Shown: piece by piece, positions 13,601 through 25,995 of the stretch | Numbering within the stretch: position 1 is the stretch's first letter | How the letters are laid out: every line of letters begins with the position of its first letter | NCBI GenBank assembly: GCA_032718475.1 | Contig: JAUCBJ010000486.1 | Coordinates: 1-64,000 of the forward strand | Length of the DNA stretch: 64,000 nucleotides | Reading direction: 5' to 3' | DNA from: Nemertoderma westbladi | Lineage: Eukaryota; Animalia; Xenacoelomorpha | Notes under the pieces: model-generated | Seen by the model: only the letters and a program-made list of their open reading frames with translations | The model's database searches: none | Told to the model about the DNA's origin: nothing | Program-made: the position numbers and the translations under genes

Positions 13601-14357
13601 TAGGCTCTAGCTAGTCCTTGCCAGTAAACGTATACGAACTAGCAAGTCCTCCCCAGTAAACTTATAGGCTCTAGGAAGTCCTTGCCAGTAAACGTATAGG
13701 CTCTAACAAGTCCTTGCCAGTAAACTTAGGCTCTAGCAAGTCCTTGCCAGTAAACTTATAGGCTCTAGCAAGTCCTTGCCAGTAAACTTAGGCTCTAGCA
13801 AGTCCTTGCCAGTAAACTTAGGCTCTAGCAAGTCCTTGCCAGTAAACTTATAGGCTCTAGCAAGTCCTTCCCAGTAAACATATAGGCTCTAGCAAGTCCT
13901 TGCCAGTAAACTTATAGGCTCTAACAAGTCATTGCCAGTAAACTTATAGGCTCTAGCAAGTCCTTGCCAGTAAACTTAGGCTCTAGCAAGTCCTTGCCAG
14001 TAAACTTATAGGCTCTAGCAAGTCCTTGCCAGTAAACTTAGGCTCTAGCAAGTCCTTCCCAGTAAACTTATAAGCTCTAGCAAGTCCTTGCCAGTAAACT
14101 TATAGGCTCTAGCTAGTCCTTGCCAGTAAACGTATACGATCTAGCAAGTCCTCCCCAGTAAACTTATAGGCTCTAGGAAGTCTTTGCCAGTAAACGTATA
14201 GGCTCTAACAAGTCATTGCCAGTAAACTTATAGGCTCTAGCAAGTCCTTGCCAGTAAACTTAGGCTCTAGCAAGTCCTTGCCAGTAAACTTATAGGCTCT
14301 AGCTAGTATACTTGCCAGTAAACTTAGGATCTAGCAAGTCCTTGCCAGTAAACTTAC
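10693..14357. repeat. 32-bp satellite array (~3.7 kb, roughly 115 units) with 30-bp variants and higher-order blocks
   Basis: Unit CTCTAGCAAGTCCTT(G/C)CCAGTAAACTTATAGG; variant units recur in the same order. Confidence 0.98.
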
Positions 14358-14699
14358 GTCTCTGCAAGTAAATTTATATACCTGCAAACTAGACTTACAT
14401 ACCTGCAATTTATCTTATATCAGTGCAAGTGAACTTAGGTCCCTACAATTAATACAATCTATATACAGTATATGCTTATTATGATACTTCAATAACTTCG
14501 AAAATTATCACGTAAAATAAACTGTTGTTGGCTCCCTGTAATGGGATAATTCGATATTAGTTAACATAATTGTATAATTTCTTCCTCCTTTTACTACAAA
14601 TTACCAAACACTGGGGAGGGAGTTTTTATGTATATTTTATTTTTATTACAAAAAATGTCATTTTTATTAAGAACATAATCACAACATTTGAATGAATAT

Positions 14700-14850
14700 T
14701 TCCAATTTCAGTCCCCAGTTACCAATTTCAGTCACCGGTTACCAATTTCAGTAACAAGTTACCAATTTCAGTCCCCGGTTACTAATTTCAGTTTCCAATC
14801 TCTATTTACCAATTCAATTTCCGGTTACCAATTTCAGTCCCAAGTTACCC
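14700..14850. repeat. 20-bp tandem repeat, about 7 copies
   Basis: TTACCAATTTCAGTCCCCGG-like unit repeated head to tail. Confidence 0.85.
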
Positions 14851-16046
14851 AACCCCAGCTATAGTACAGTATATGGCTGCCCCCGACCCTTCCACCACCA
14901 AATACCAACCCCCCCCCCCCCCCTCCCCCACCAAAAAAATGTTTCATTTAACATATATTTACAATAACTAATTGTTGTGGAATACTGTATATATTATTAT
15001 TGATGACTACTGATTCGTATGCATGGTTGATAATTTTGCACATAATTTCAAGAAGAATTCACTTTAGTGCAAATAATTATAATTTATATAATGTTCTCTG
15101 GTATCTCTGGTGTGTTCCAAAAGACCTCCACTTCCACCAGCTTAGGGTTATGTGTTACTTCCACAAATAATAATACACAAGTAATATAAATTGGGGGGGT
15201 TTATGCGCCTGTCGATTTATACGAATCGACAGGCGCAACAAAAGTATTTGGAATATTATGCCCATGTATACTTATATATGTAAGCCTTCAAGTATAAACA
15301 AAACCGACCTTAACAAAATCAAGGTAGGCATTTGTTATTTTCCATCAGCAACATGGGCTTTAACTTTTAACTTTACATGACATTAATAATACTGTAATAT
15401 TCTAGAACAATACCACATGGCCAACGCCGTCGGCCATGCGCTCGCACGGCGCAAATGCTCCATTTGCGCTCTCCACCTGGATCAAAATAATCTCTGAATC
15501 TTGACCTTGTTTAGGTAGACTAAAATACTGGCTGACAGATAGCAGGAATCGCAGGATAGGTATACAGTATTGTACAGTAGAATGTCAGTATGTAGTACTG
15601 CAGTACTGCATGCTGTACATGCAGTAAATTGACGCAGTAGATACCGTTGTACATTAGAGTAGGCTTGTTAACTACGAATTGCTTAATTGAAGTAAGAACT
15701 ACAGAAAAGGCAGGAACCCAGTACGGTAGTCAGGTAGTGCTGTAGTGTCTGACGTCTGAGTGTAGTCGTATATAGTCTGATAGTGATTGTGCGTTGTGTG
15801 TAACCTTTAAAAACGCCTACCGGTACTTGATTTGTTTGTATGTTACTGTTACACACTCACTATTCTGCTATTCGCTGATTCTATTCATTGTCACTACACT
15901 ACAGCACTACCGGTACTGTCTGACTGTCAGACGGTACGGTCTCACATGGAAATCCTATTTTTGGCTTATGTTTGCTTACAGTTGCAAACTCGTATTTCAC
16001 ACATTGACCATACAGATCTGCCGGTGCAGCAATACTTTGAATTGCA

Positions 16047-16880
16047 ATGGATAATTTGGGTGATCTATCTGCAGAACCTTGTGATCCAAATGTTATTTAT
16101 AAACTTTATGAAGAGATTGGGCAAGGGAATATTCCGAAACTATCTTGGAAACCATTGAAGAAACGCCCTCGTCTAGACGTAAAGGTTCAAGTAAACGATG
16201 ATGATGGTGTTGGTAAGGATGGTAAGCCAAAGCCCAATGTTAATAACTATAATATAGGAACCGGTACTACAGATTGTGGAATATCTACCATTCCATCGAA
16301 TGATAATATTAATCTAACAACTCTAGATGATTGCACAAAGACCATTTCTTCGACTGTTGATATGGGAAAGTCAGACACCTCAACTAAAGTTATAAGGTTA
16401 GACAAGGGAGGGCCTAATAGATCGTCATCAATGGCTACTGTTACCTCTGATCCTAAGGCAACGAGGTTATTTGATTACGATGATTTGGAAGAGATTCAGT
16501 CGCCGTCTGCAAAGATTTCAATTCCGACAGTCCCTGAAACCGGAGTAAAGAAGGTCGCCACATTAGATAACGCCCTGCAAGAGATGCAGCGGCATATACT
16601 AATGGACATGGAACTTGTAAAGTGTTGTAATATTGAGCAGAAAGATTGTAGTTCTATACCTTCAGAGCCAGAACCGGTTGCTGCTGGTATCCATAGCATC
16701 AGTGACAATATACCTGATGTAGAAACCACGGAACCCAAAGAACAATCTACAGATTCGAGGTCGCCAAATATGCAGGAGGTAGCTGAGGTCGATAATACTA
16801 ATAATATTGATTCACTACAGGAGGAAATGCCTTCAACCTTAAATGGCGAAATAGCTAAACTGGATAATGAAAAAAACTGA
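16047..16880 (+). CDS. PAGR1: PAXIP1-associated glutamate-rich protein 1 (PA1) homolog, single exon
   Basis: Three blocks match my recollection of human PAGR1 in order: PCDPNVIYKLYEEI..LSWKPLKKRP (cf. PPPSEIQRLYELL..LPRRP), LFDYDD (cf. EFDFDD) and KKVATLDNALQEMQRH (cf. KREARLDKVLSDMKRH). Confidence 0.8.
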   Translation: MDNLGDLSAEPCDPNVIYKLYEEIGQGNIPKLSWKPLKKRPRLDVKVQVNDDDGVGKDGKPKPNVNNYNIGTGTTDCGISTIPSNDNINLTTLDDCTKTISSTVDMGKSDTSTKVIRLDKGGPNRSSSMATVTSDPKATRLFDYDDLEEIQSPSAKISIPTVPETGVKKVATLDNALQEMQRHILMDMELVKCCNIEQKDCSSIPSEPEPVAAGIHSISDNIPDVETTEPKEQSTDSRSPNMQEVAEVDNTNNIDSLQEEMPSTLNGEIAKLDNEKN

Positions 16881-17524
16881 TTTAACGGATAATATTTTAC
16901 CTGGTCGTCCCTTTTGTGCAATAGTTCGGTACCACAGGGTGGGTGGGGACTTGACGCTTTTAAGTCCCATCTCGCCATCTCGGCGAATTAATAATATATA
17001 ATATCAATGTTGAAATACAATTAAGGGAAAGGAGCAGGTTACAGTGGCACGCTATTCTCTCCAAAACTATAAACTTTACAGCCAGGGTTTTTTTTCAAAA
17101 TGTTCACTGTGTAAAGTTTTTAAAAGGTTAGAAAAAATTTAGAAAAATCGAATTGTGTTTATGAAACAAAATATTTTTCCCAATGACATGAATGAATTGA
17201 GAAAGTGAAAAGTAGGCCATGAAATACTGCTGTATTGCTTGTTTTCTACTTTATTTTTTCATACTGTAAATCCTGCACCTATAATACATCAAACTATTGA
17301 ACTAATTAGTCGCACTTCCACTTGGTCCTTCCACTACTAACACCAGCCATTATTTTTCATAAGTTTCCTTGAAAATTGAGAAAGAGATACTCGAATTTTC
17401 TCATGTAATTCACCATTTGTGATTCCACAAAACAGGTTGAGAAGAAATATGAATAAGTCAAAAATATGAATTCTGGCTGCGGCCGCTAAGCTGCATCAAA
17501 AAATTATTTTTTAATAATATAATC

Positions 17525-18902
17525 TGTTGCCGTTATTCCCGACACCATGGGGGGAAACGCCGATGCTGGAGGCGGAACTTTTCAGACCACGGAATCCCGG
17601 CCAGTCACCGGATATTGGTAGTGGAGAAGGAATACGTTCTTAAATGCAAGATAGCGGTTGAGAAAAGTTTCATTGGTTGGCTATAATCTTTAATGTAACT
17701 TCCCTACATTTGAACCTTGATTGAGAATAAGTTGGGCTTCCCCAAACCAATATACACCAAATATTCACAATAATATAACACGACAATATAAATCCCTACA
17801 GTACATTATTTAATTACCCACTGTTCGCTCAGATTTTAACCTAACTAATGTTCCCCAATTTTCCCTCGGTCCTAGTCTCTGTACCATAGTGTCGGTGTCG
17901 GTCGACCCTGTTGCGTGTCCGTCCCACCCTTCCCGAACCCCGAAGGGATCGGTCATCAGGAAAGCGGTACGGCTTGGCTAAGGGTCGGTCCAGTCGGTAG
18001 ACCCGGTTGCGTGTCCGTCCCACCCTTCCCGAACCCCAAAGGGATCGGTCATCAGGAAATCGGTACGGCTTGGCTAGGGGTCTGTCGGTTCATCGCAGGG
18101 ACCCAACCACCTAGGCTTTCCGAGTCCTTATTCAGGCTCATAGTCGCTTCAGCAGCCGAGAAGCTGCTCCGAACAGTCGGTAGGCCAGTAGAGTCCAGTC
18201 CTTTGTCTTTCGACCCCGTTGCGTGTCCGTCCCACCCTTCCTGAACCCCAAAGGGATCGGTCATCAGGAAAGCGGTATGGCTTGGCAAGGGGTCTGTCAG
18301 CCCGTCGTGAGCCCCAACGGTTGGTGGTTTTCCGAGTCCTTATTCAGGCTCGTACTAACGCCGGTCGTGGGACCCACTCCAGGAAGGCAGTCCTCGTCGA
18401 ACCCTTCCTCCGTTAGTCGGTCGACCCGTTCGCGTGTCCGTCCCACCCTTCCCAAACCCCAAAGGGATCGGTCATCAGGAAAGCAGTACGGCTTGGCTAG
18501 GGGTCTGTCGTCGGTTCCCGTCGCAAATCCCTGACACAAGCAGCAGACTTTCCGAGTCCTTATTCAGGCTCGTAATAACTGCTGTTGGCCAGGGACCGCT
18601 AAGGGCAGTCCTTGTCCTTTAGACCTAGCGAGTTACCAAATCCACCTCTACAGGCAGCAGGAAGTTGGCTAGGCCTAATAGTAATCAGGCAAACCTGAAT
18701 ACTGCTTAACTTTGCCTCCCACCCCTGGTCCTTAAATACATGAAATGAGTCCCGTACCCCGTAAGTCGCCCCAATATTCGCCCATAAATCGCCCCCAGTC
18801 CATCCCATGTTCCCGCACCCAGTAGTGATATCGGAATATTCATTTAAAATAAATCCAAAAAATATTCAACTCGCGTTAAGAAAAGTTGAAATACCGCGAA
18901 CA
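17525..18902 (-). repeat. 3' LTR of element A (1378 bp, 4 internal repeat units)
   Basis: Near-identical to 40865-42348; preceded on the minus strand by a PPT. Confidence 0.95.
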
Positions 18903-18911
18903 GTCCCCCCC
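18903..18911 (-). promoter_or_regulatory. Polypurine tract of element A
   Basis: Minus strand reads GGGGGGGAC immediately before the TG of the 3' LTR. Confidence 0.8.
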
Positions 18912-19082
18912 AATGACCTTCGTGAGGTCTATCGGTAGATCGAGTTTGCGTAGGTCATTTCCCATATAAAAAACCCTTTTTTTTAATATTGCATAGTCTT
19001 GATTAATTTGGCCTAGAGTTAGTTTATGTAAATATATAAAAATAAATGTTCGATATAAATGCCCCTGGAATATCCTGGTCCT

Positions 19083-20013
19083 TTATTTCTTACTCTGATA
19101 CGCCTTTCTCCTCTTCGCCCGTCTACTTTCATCGATAGCCAGTGCTGGTAGGGGAGCATCAACATCCATCGTGAGCAACGTTTCAGCTTGTCTCCTGGCG
19201 GCTCTTCCTTTCGATGGTAGCGGGATCATATCCGTTCGTCTTTCTAACTCGGTGGTGTGTGCCTCTAGGAACCACTTTCCGTCACCGAACTCTTCCTTAT
19301 ATGAATATAAACGCCTAAGGATCTCGAATGGGCCGAATAATCCAGCGCTTAGTAACAGATCCACGTAATGGAATGGTAGCGTCGCTGTCGTATGGAGGCG
19401 TTCCGGGAACGAAAAGTACCCGCACGCCATCTCTTGTGCGATATTTTGAGCGCTTCTCCGCACTTTGGTCTTTACGTGGTTGTTTGCGTAGGTTTCGAAC
19501 ATAACCATATTTCCCATAGCGGTAACATCCTTCGTAGGACATTTTATATTACAGCGGGGGCTAGCGGAATGTCCACGGAAACCGCAAGTTGTGCAGAGGT
19601 TATAAAGGATAGGACAAACTGAAACATCGTGGCCCGATGTCGCGCAATAGGGACAATAAAGTATCCCGAGGAGCTGGAGGCACGAATCGGTAACCCGATT
19701 TCTTCTACCGTGTGAGCACTGCTCCGAACCGCAGTCTCCGCATACCTCCAGTTGCATCTCCCGGCCGAAGAATATCGGAATCGGGACGCCAGCGTAATAC
19801 TCGAGTCGTCGGTCGCTTGGGAATATTTGCCATGGCCGGTAGCCCGCGAAAAGCTGGGCTTTGGCGTAGTATGTTCTCGTTTCGATATCCTTCTTTATAT
19901 CCTGCCGGACACATCTCTGGTGACCGTTTCTGGCGGTGGATCCATTCGGTCTGCTCGGCGTACCATCGGGTAAGTCGCATATGGTCCTGTGGAACGGAAG
20001 GGGTTGTTGCCAC
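19083..20013 (-). pseudogene. Accessory 3' ORF of element A, Cys/His zinc-knuckle protein (frameshifted ORFs 19705-20013 and 19083-19757)
   Basis: Motifs CGDCGSEQCSH, CPYCATSGHDVSVC and CTTCGFRGHSASPRC lie between integrase and the PPT. Confidence 0.65.
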
Positions 20014-20065
20014 AGCTGGTCGGCGAAGAGGTGCCGGGCTTTCGACGGAGGGATTCCGAGGAGAT

Positions 20066-23000
20066 CTACGGGAGTCGGAGCGGCACTGGGACCCTTTTTA
20101 ACCTGTATCGCTGAATATGGGTTTTGGGTCTTCCGAGTAGATGGTTAGGAGTGAGAGGCTCCAGATCTGTGGGGTCATCGCGGATAGGTACGATGGGCCG
20201 GTTGTTTAGGGTAGCCGTGATCTCGCAGAATGTTGTGCGGAGGGTGTCGTGGGTTACCCGGGTGTCTCCTAATGCGACGCGCATGGATCGTTTTACCAAG
20301 TCGATGAGCTTCTCCCATACCCCACTCGTATGGGGTGCTAAGGGTGTTTGGAAGTGCCACTGTATATGGTGTTCCCTCCAGACTTGGGATGCGGTGTCTT
20401 CGGTGAACCATCCTTCGATCGCCTCTCTGAGTTCTCTTTCTCCTCCCACGAAGTTTGTACCATTATCGGAGTACATATGACGAGATGTTCCATTGTTCGC
20501 CACGAACCGACGCAGGGTGTTGATAAATGCGTGTTGCGTAAGGTTCACCACGATGTCTAGGTAGATTGCCCTAGACCTAAGGCATGTAAAGATGGCTCCC
20601 CAGCATTTGATGTTGGATCGTCGCTCGATGACTGTGAATGGTCCGGAACAGTCTACTCCGGTTACGTAGAACGGTGGGAATCGGACTGTAGATATGTGGC
20701 TGGTAAGTCGGCCATCCTTTGTGTGAGTGGTGGCGCTAGATATCTTCTGCAGGGAAAACAACGTTTTAACACTTTCCGGATTAGTTGCTGGATGTGGGTG
20801 ATCCAATATCTTTGCCGTATATTAGCCATGATCCAGTTCTGTCCAGCGTGATGGTTTTCCTCGTAACTCTGTTGGATTAATAGCTTGGCTAGTGTTGACG
20901 TTCAGGGCAGAAGCGCTGGGTATTTGACTTCGTATTCAACCGGGGCGTTTGCCATCCGGGTATTCAGTCGAATCAGTCCGTCTTCTCCCATGATTGGTCT
21001 CAATTGGTAGACTGGACTGTCCGGTTTCAAGGTCTTGCCCGCACTGAGTTGTTCCCACTCATCGGGGAAACTTTCTTTCTGGACATATCTAATAATACAC
21101 TTCTCCGCAATAATGAGTTCTTGTATACTTCATCGGACTATCGGTTTGTTGTTTTTCCACTGCAGGAAGTTGCAAAGGGTTAAGATGTGGTGGATGAGAC
21201 GTCTCATTGAGGAGGTTCGCTCTATCAATAGTTGTAAAGACGCTGCTGGTTGCGTGATAGTCGCAATATTATAGTGCCTGCCCGAGTCCTTTGCAGGCTC
21301 GGTCAGACAACTATAGATCTCCACTGTGGCGCTTCTATGGACTTTACGGATCTCCTTGTCGTCTTCGGAGTATTTTCCGCTATCGAGTTCAGGATCGAAT
21401 CGGGTACTCCAGGTTAGTTGTGGTTGCTGTAGGAATTCCGGGCCGGTGAGCCAGAGTTTACTTTTACCGAGCTGTCGTGGGGTGGCGCCTCTGCTTGATA
21501 AGTCCGCTGGATTTTCTTTCCCGTTCACATGGTGCCACTGTTCTCGGCCGGTGCACTGTTTTATCTCCGTGGCTCGGTTCGCTACAAACGTGGTGTGACG
21601 CCGTGATGGTGAGTGGAGGTAGTAGAGAACAATACTCGAATTGACCCAGAAATGTTGCGATTCGATGGGGATTCGTAGGTTCCGCATGACCATGTGGTTC
21701 TGTCTCACTGCCCAAACTGCGGCCTGTATCTCGAGTCTCGGTATCGTTGCTACGAATTCCCCGGATACTGTCTTAGCCTTGGAAAATAAGAAGCTTGTAT
21801 CGCCGTTTCCATCCTGACTTAGTCTTCTTAGGAAAGTGACTACGCCGATTCCGGTATTTGAAGCATCCGAGAAAGTATGGAGCTGGAATATATCGGTGGG
21901 TAGTTTATTGAGGAAGAACGGTCGAGGGATCCGCATAAGATGTAGATGTTCGAGTTGTTCCGTCCACTTTCTCCATTTGACACTGAGGTGTGGGGGGAGT
22001 TCTTCGTCCCATCCCAGTCATTCTATCCACATTTCCTTGATCAAGTTCATTCCGGCCAATGTTACTGGGGATATGAAGTTTAGTGGATCGAATATAGCAC
22101 TCTTTATGGACAGACATCCCATTTTTGTCATGGGCTTGGGTAGGGGGTTATATTTGAAGATGAATTCATCCAATTCTATGTCCCATTCAATGCCGAGTAC
22201 ACGGTGATCCACATCCTCGGAATACATTTTATTGTTGTCCAGTCTGATTTCCTCCGGAAACTTTTCCATAAGTTTCTTGTCGTGGGATCTGAACTTTACG
22301 AGAGGGAAACCTCCTTTCTTTAAACATTCTACCATCCCCATCGCCAGCTGATATGCCTCGTCAACATTATCGGCACCGGCGCATCCGTCGTCCACGTAGA
22401 AGCATCGTCGGATGGTTTCTATGACTGTCGGAGGGAACTCGTTTTCGCACATAGTCGCTGTTTTCTTCAGCATGTTACTACATGCTACCGGCGAGTCCTT
22501 AGCGCCGAAGATCCTGACAATCATGTGCATTACGTCCACATCCTTCAATGTGAGTTGACATATCTCCTGTGGAGTTAATGTTTTATCCGTCCATAATATA
22601 CGCAGACAGTCTGAGTCTCTTGGTAGCGTTCGGACCTGGTGAAACATCGCTTTGATGTCGCATGTGAATGCTATCCGGTTTTCCCTGAACCTGATCAACA
22701 CGCCGATAAGTGTACTGTATATGTTAGGCCCTGTATAAAGTTGGCTGTTCAGGGATTCGCCTTGATACATAGCAGCAGCATCATTTACCGCCCTTCCGGG
22801 CTTCTACCACATAGTGGGTTGGGAGATAATACGTCCGTCTACCCCCTTGCAGTTCATTCCGGGGTACCATTTCCGCCAATCCATCTTCTAGATATCCTTT
22901 GATTACATTATTGTATTTCTCCTTTATCTCGGGTTGGTCATTCAACTGGCGTAGGATTCCTTTGAGCCACCTAAGGGCCATGTTGGCATTATTCGCCATC

Positions 23001-23931
23001 GGTTTATCTGGGTCTTTCCACAGCATGGGTGAACACCAATGTCCGTCTTTGAACGTGGCCTGATCAAGGATGTCAATACAGTATTGATCTTCCTCAGACG
23101 GGTTCTCGTCCTTTTCTGCAAACTCTTGTGTCTCTAGGTTAAAATATTTGGTCATTTCCTGCTGGGTTTTTTCCGTCTCTAGGAATAAATCCTCGTCCAG
23201 GTCTGTTGCTGAACAATAACCCATGGATGTTGCACTCTCTTTAATCTGACATTTAGGGAGATATGTATAGGTATCTGTAGTCTCCTCTTTGATGCCGCAG
23301 AGTGTCCATCCCATGATCGTGCGTTCTGCGTAAAAGCCATCGTCCGGCTTTACAGATCGGGCGACGTCTCCGGTGGGTATGTGTAATTCCGGTGTGTCGA
23401 GTCCGATCAATAGGGTGATTCGGTTCACGTCCAATGGTGGACATCGTAGGTCTACATCTTCCCGGTCTAACTGTATGAGGGGTGCGTATTCAGCTGATTG
23501 TCGGAACCTCACTCGGAGATCGGTGTGTACCAAGGCGTTCTTGATCGTCAGCTTGACCGTCTTGTAACCCTTCATGACTCCTTCCATCTGGAGCTGCACC
23601 TCCCCAGACTCTACTTCTCTATGGTGGGTGATAGTTTGTATGGGCCGTTTGCAAGGTTCGTAGTCTAGGCCGAGTTGTTCGAGGAAATCCTGGTCGATGA
23701 TGGTTCCATCCGACCCATTGTCAAGGAACGCGAGCATTGTCAAGGATTTCCCAACCCCTTGAATTCTTACTGGGATTACTTTGGCGAAGACCATGTAACG
23801 GCGATTTATAAGGTTGATCGTAGCCGAGATATTTGTCACTTGTGATACATCGGTGGAGGTCTTAAATGGATTGGTTTCCCTCCGTTGAATCGTCCGGGTT
23901 TCTTTAAAGACGTGGTTCGTTTCTCCTCTTC
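20066..23931 (-). pseudogene. pol: pol of element A (PR-RT-RNase H-IN) broken by frameshifts and stops
   Basis: PR AFLDNGSDGT; RT CDIKAMFHQV and FYVDD; Pao RNase H LHTFSDAS..TIPRLE..NPADLSSRG; IN HHCC (NHHAG..CFPC, alternate frame ~20745-20860) and core GVDCSGP..SDNGTNF..WEKL. Confidence 0.95.
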
Positions 23932-25154
23932 TGTAAAAGCTTTTGCTGAATTGTCCGGTTATTTTTCCTTATTTTTCCCGTAAAATACTCTGTAGTTGGT
24001 TTACCAGGCATAAAAAGGCCGTGTCCTTGCTGTACTGGTGTTTTAGCGGACATAAAAGCAATTTCTTCTGTATTTGTACTTTAGAGGACATAATCCGTAA
24101 TTCCGTGACGTAAAAGCTCGATACTCTTGAAAACAGTATCGCTACCATGACGACGGCTAGCAGCTGATATTGCCACGTCGACGTTTCTTTGTTTCTCTGT
24201 TCTCTCGTTGTTCAGGTTGACCAATCAGAGCGTTTGTTATCTCTGTGTTGGAGGTATATACAGAAACTCAGTAGTTCAGTGTTATGTTTTTGACCAGAGC
24301 CTAAGAACCGGCTTTGGCACCTCCGTGTTTTCAGTTTTTAGTCTTACACTAGTAGGTTTAATTATAAAGGGCATATATCCTTTAACTGACATACCGATCA
24401 AACTCATGGAATCACTGCTAACTGATCATACATACTGACTGCTGAAACATTGCAAACTCATAACAATCAGTGTTCAGTTGTTGTTTTATACTGCTATTTG
24501 TTGTCGGTTATTCATTATATTTGTTGATGAATTATTATATTGGAATAACGAGAAATAACCCCGACACCCAATATTCTTGATATACCGAAGGTAAGAGAGA
24601 AAGGTTACAGATAAACGATTGTGACTTATGTTAAAGTGGTTTGAAGTGAATCTAATGTTATTTGATAGACCCTACATGAGTCAGTCTGTGTTCCTTTTAT
24701 ATGTGACTAAAATCAGTGAAGATTGGCAGATTAGTGTGCAGTATTGTGCAGCATTGTGTATGAGTGAGTCTGTTAAAGAAGCAATTCCTAAAGAATGCGC
24801 CATATATGTGAATTATAATTAAGCCATATCGTTGTGAGTAGTTTAAGTCATAACTCTGTTTATATAGATAAAGCGCCACGTCCTAAAGGAACTGTTAATA
24901 TTACCGAAGGTGAATAATATTGTCAGAGATTATATAATACTGTCAGTCGAATAATACATTAGGCTTACATAGCAATAAAATTAAACCGTCGAACCCAATC
25001 TCCCGGGAATCTCCAGCGGGTGAATGGTCGCGCACGGATTGGTTTCGACTAGTGTAGTGAATCAAATACTTGTCATAGACTAAAAACAGATTTAATATCT
25101 AGAAGACATCTTAATTTGGTGGGTTAAACTGCCAAAGGTCTGAAAGCGCGAACA
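23932..25154 (+). repeat. 5' LTR of element B
   Basis: Direct repeat of 36894-38116. CCAAT ~24221, TATATA ~24255, TCAGT Inr-like ~24276, AATAAA 24974-24979. Confidence 0.97.
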
Positions 25155-25166
25155 TTAAAGGATATA
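25155..25166 (+). promoter_or_regulatory. Non-tRNA primer-binding site of B, complementary to its own LTR
   Basis: TTAAAGGATATA abuts the LTR CA and is the exact reverse complement of TATATCCTTTAA at 24374-24385. There is no TGG start. Confidence 0.7.
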
Positions 25167-25429
25167 GCTTCTTTATTGCAGTAAGCAATAAAGTCGAAAG
25201 TACCGGTCGACCGGTAACCAGTAGGCCTGACTGCCTGATCATCCGGACCGGTACCTACAGCAGTATTATTCGATTTTGATTGTTATATACCAGTAGGCCT
25301 TAATAATTAATCAGGGACTGCAGCCCTGGTTTTTTATTGAGATTTTTACTTATTTCTGTCAAGTTTTATTTGTTTGTAGGCCAGTATTGAACAGAAGGCG
25401 TGTAAACCTGATCAGATTGTACAGACAAT

Positions 25430-25995
25430 TTGTAGGCTGAGCTGTTGTCTGATTGCTATTAAGTCTGAACGGATTACAGTGTGTGTAGAGCACTTGTCCG
25501 ATTAAGTACGGTTAGGAAGTAGGGGCAGCCAATGCGGTAAGGTAAACCCCCAACTAAAGAATAAGTCGCACTACTGGGTTAGAGCGCATACTCCCTAATC
25601 ATTTCGGAGTCTGCATGTCCTGTGGTTTATTTAGGCTTGAGAGTAGTCTGCCATCGTTTAGTCTGTACTTTGTTTGTGTAAGTCTGTACGGGTAGCGTAT
25701 AATTTTATTTAAATAATTTGTAGGCTGGATAGTTGTCTGGCTGTTATTAAGTCTGAACGGATTGCCGCGTGTGTAGATCATCTGTCCGATTAAGTACGAT
25801 TAGGCAGTAGGGGCAGCGAACGCTGTAAGGTAAACCCCCAACTAAAGAATAAGTCGCACTACTGGGTTAGAGCGCATACTCCCTAATCATTTCGGAGTCT
25901 GCATATACCGTGGTTTGTTTAGGCTTGATAGTAGTCTGTCAGTGTTCGGTCTGTATTTTGTTTGAGTAGTTTGTACGCGTAGCGTAATATTTATT
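25430..25995 (+). repeat. ~290-bp tandem duplication in the 5' leader of B
   Basis: Block TAAGTCTGAACGGATT..GTAAGGTAAACCCCCAACTAAAGAATAAGTCGCACTACTGGG..TTTCGGAGTCTGCAT occurs twice, about 289 bp apart. Confidence 0.9.

Noticed and set aside
10693-14357. CRISPR-like array of ~32-bp repeats
   Set aside because: No unique spacers, units are head to tail, no cas genes, and the context is eukaryotic.
17841-18808. Many overlapping ORFs in LTR A (also 41181-42264)
   Set aside because: By-products of GC-rich 96-bp repeats; the frames differ between the two LTRs.
24208-24879. Identical small ORFs here and at 37170-37841 suggesting duplicated genes
   Set aside because: They lie inside the two LTRs of B; the identity reflects LTR duplication.
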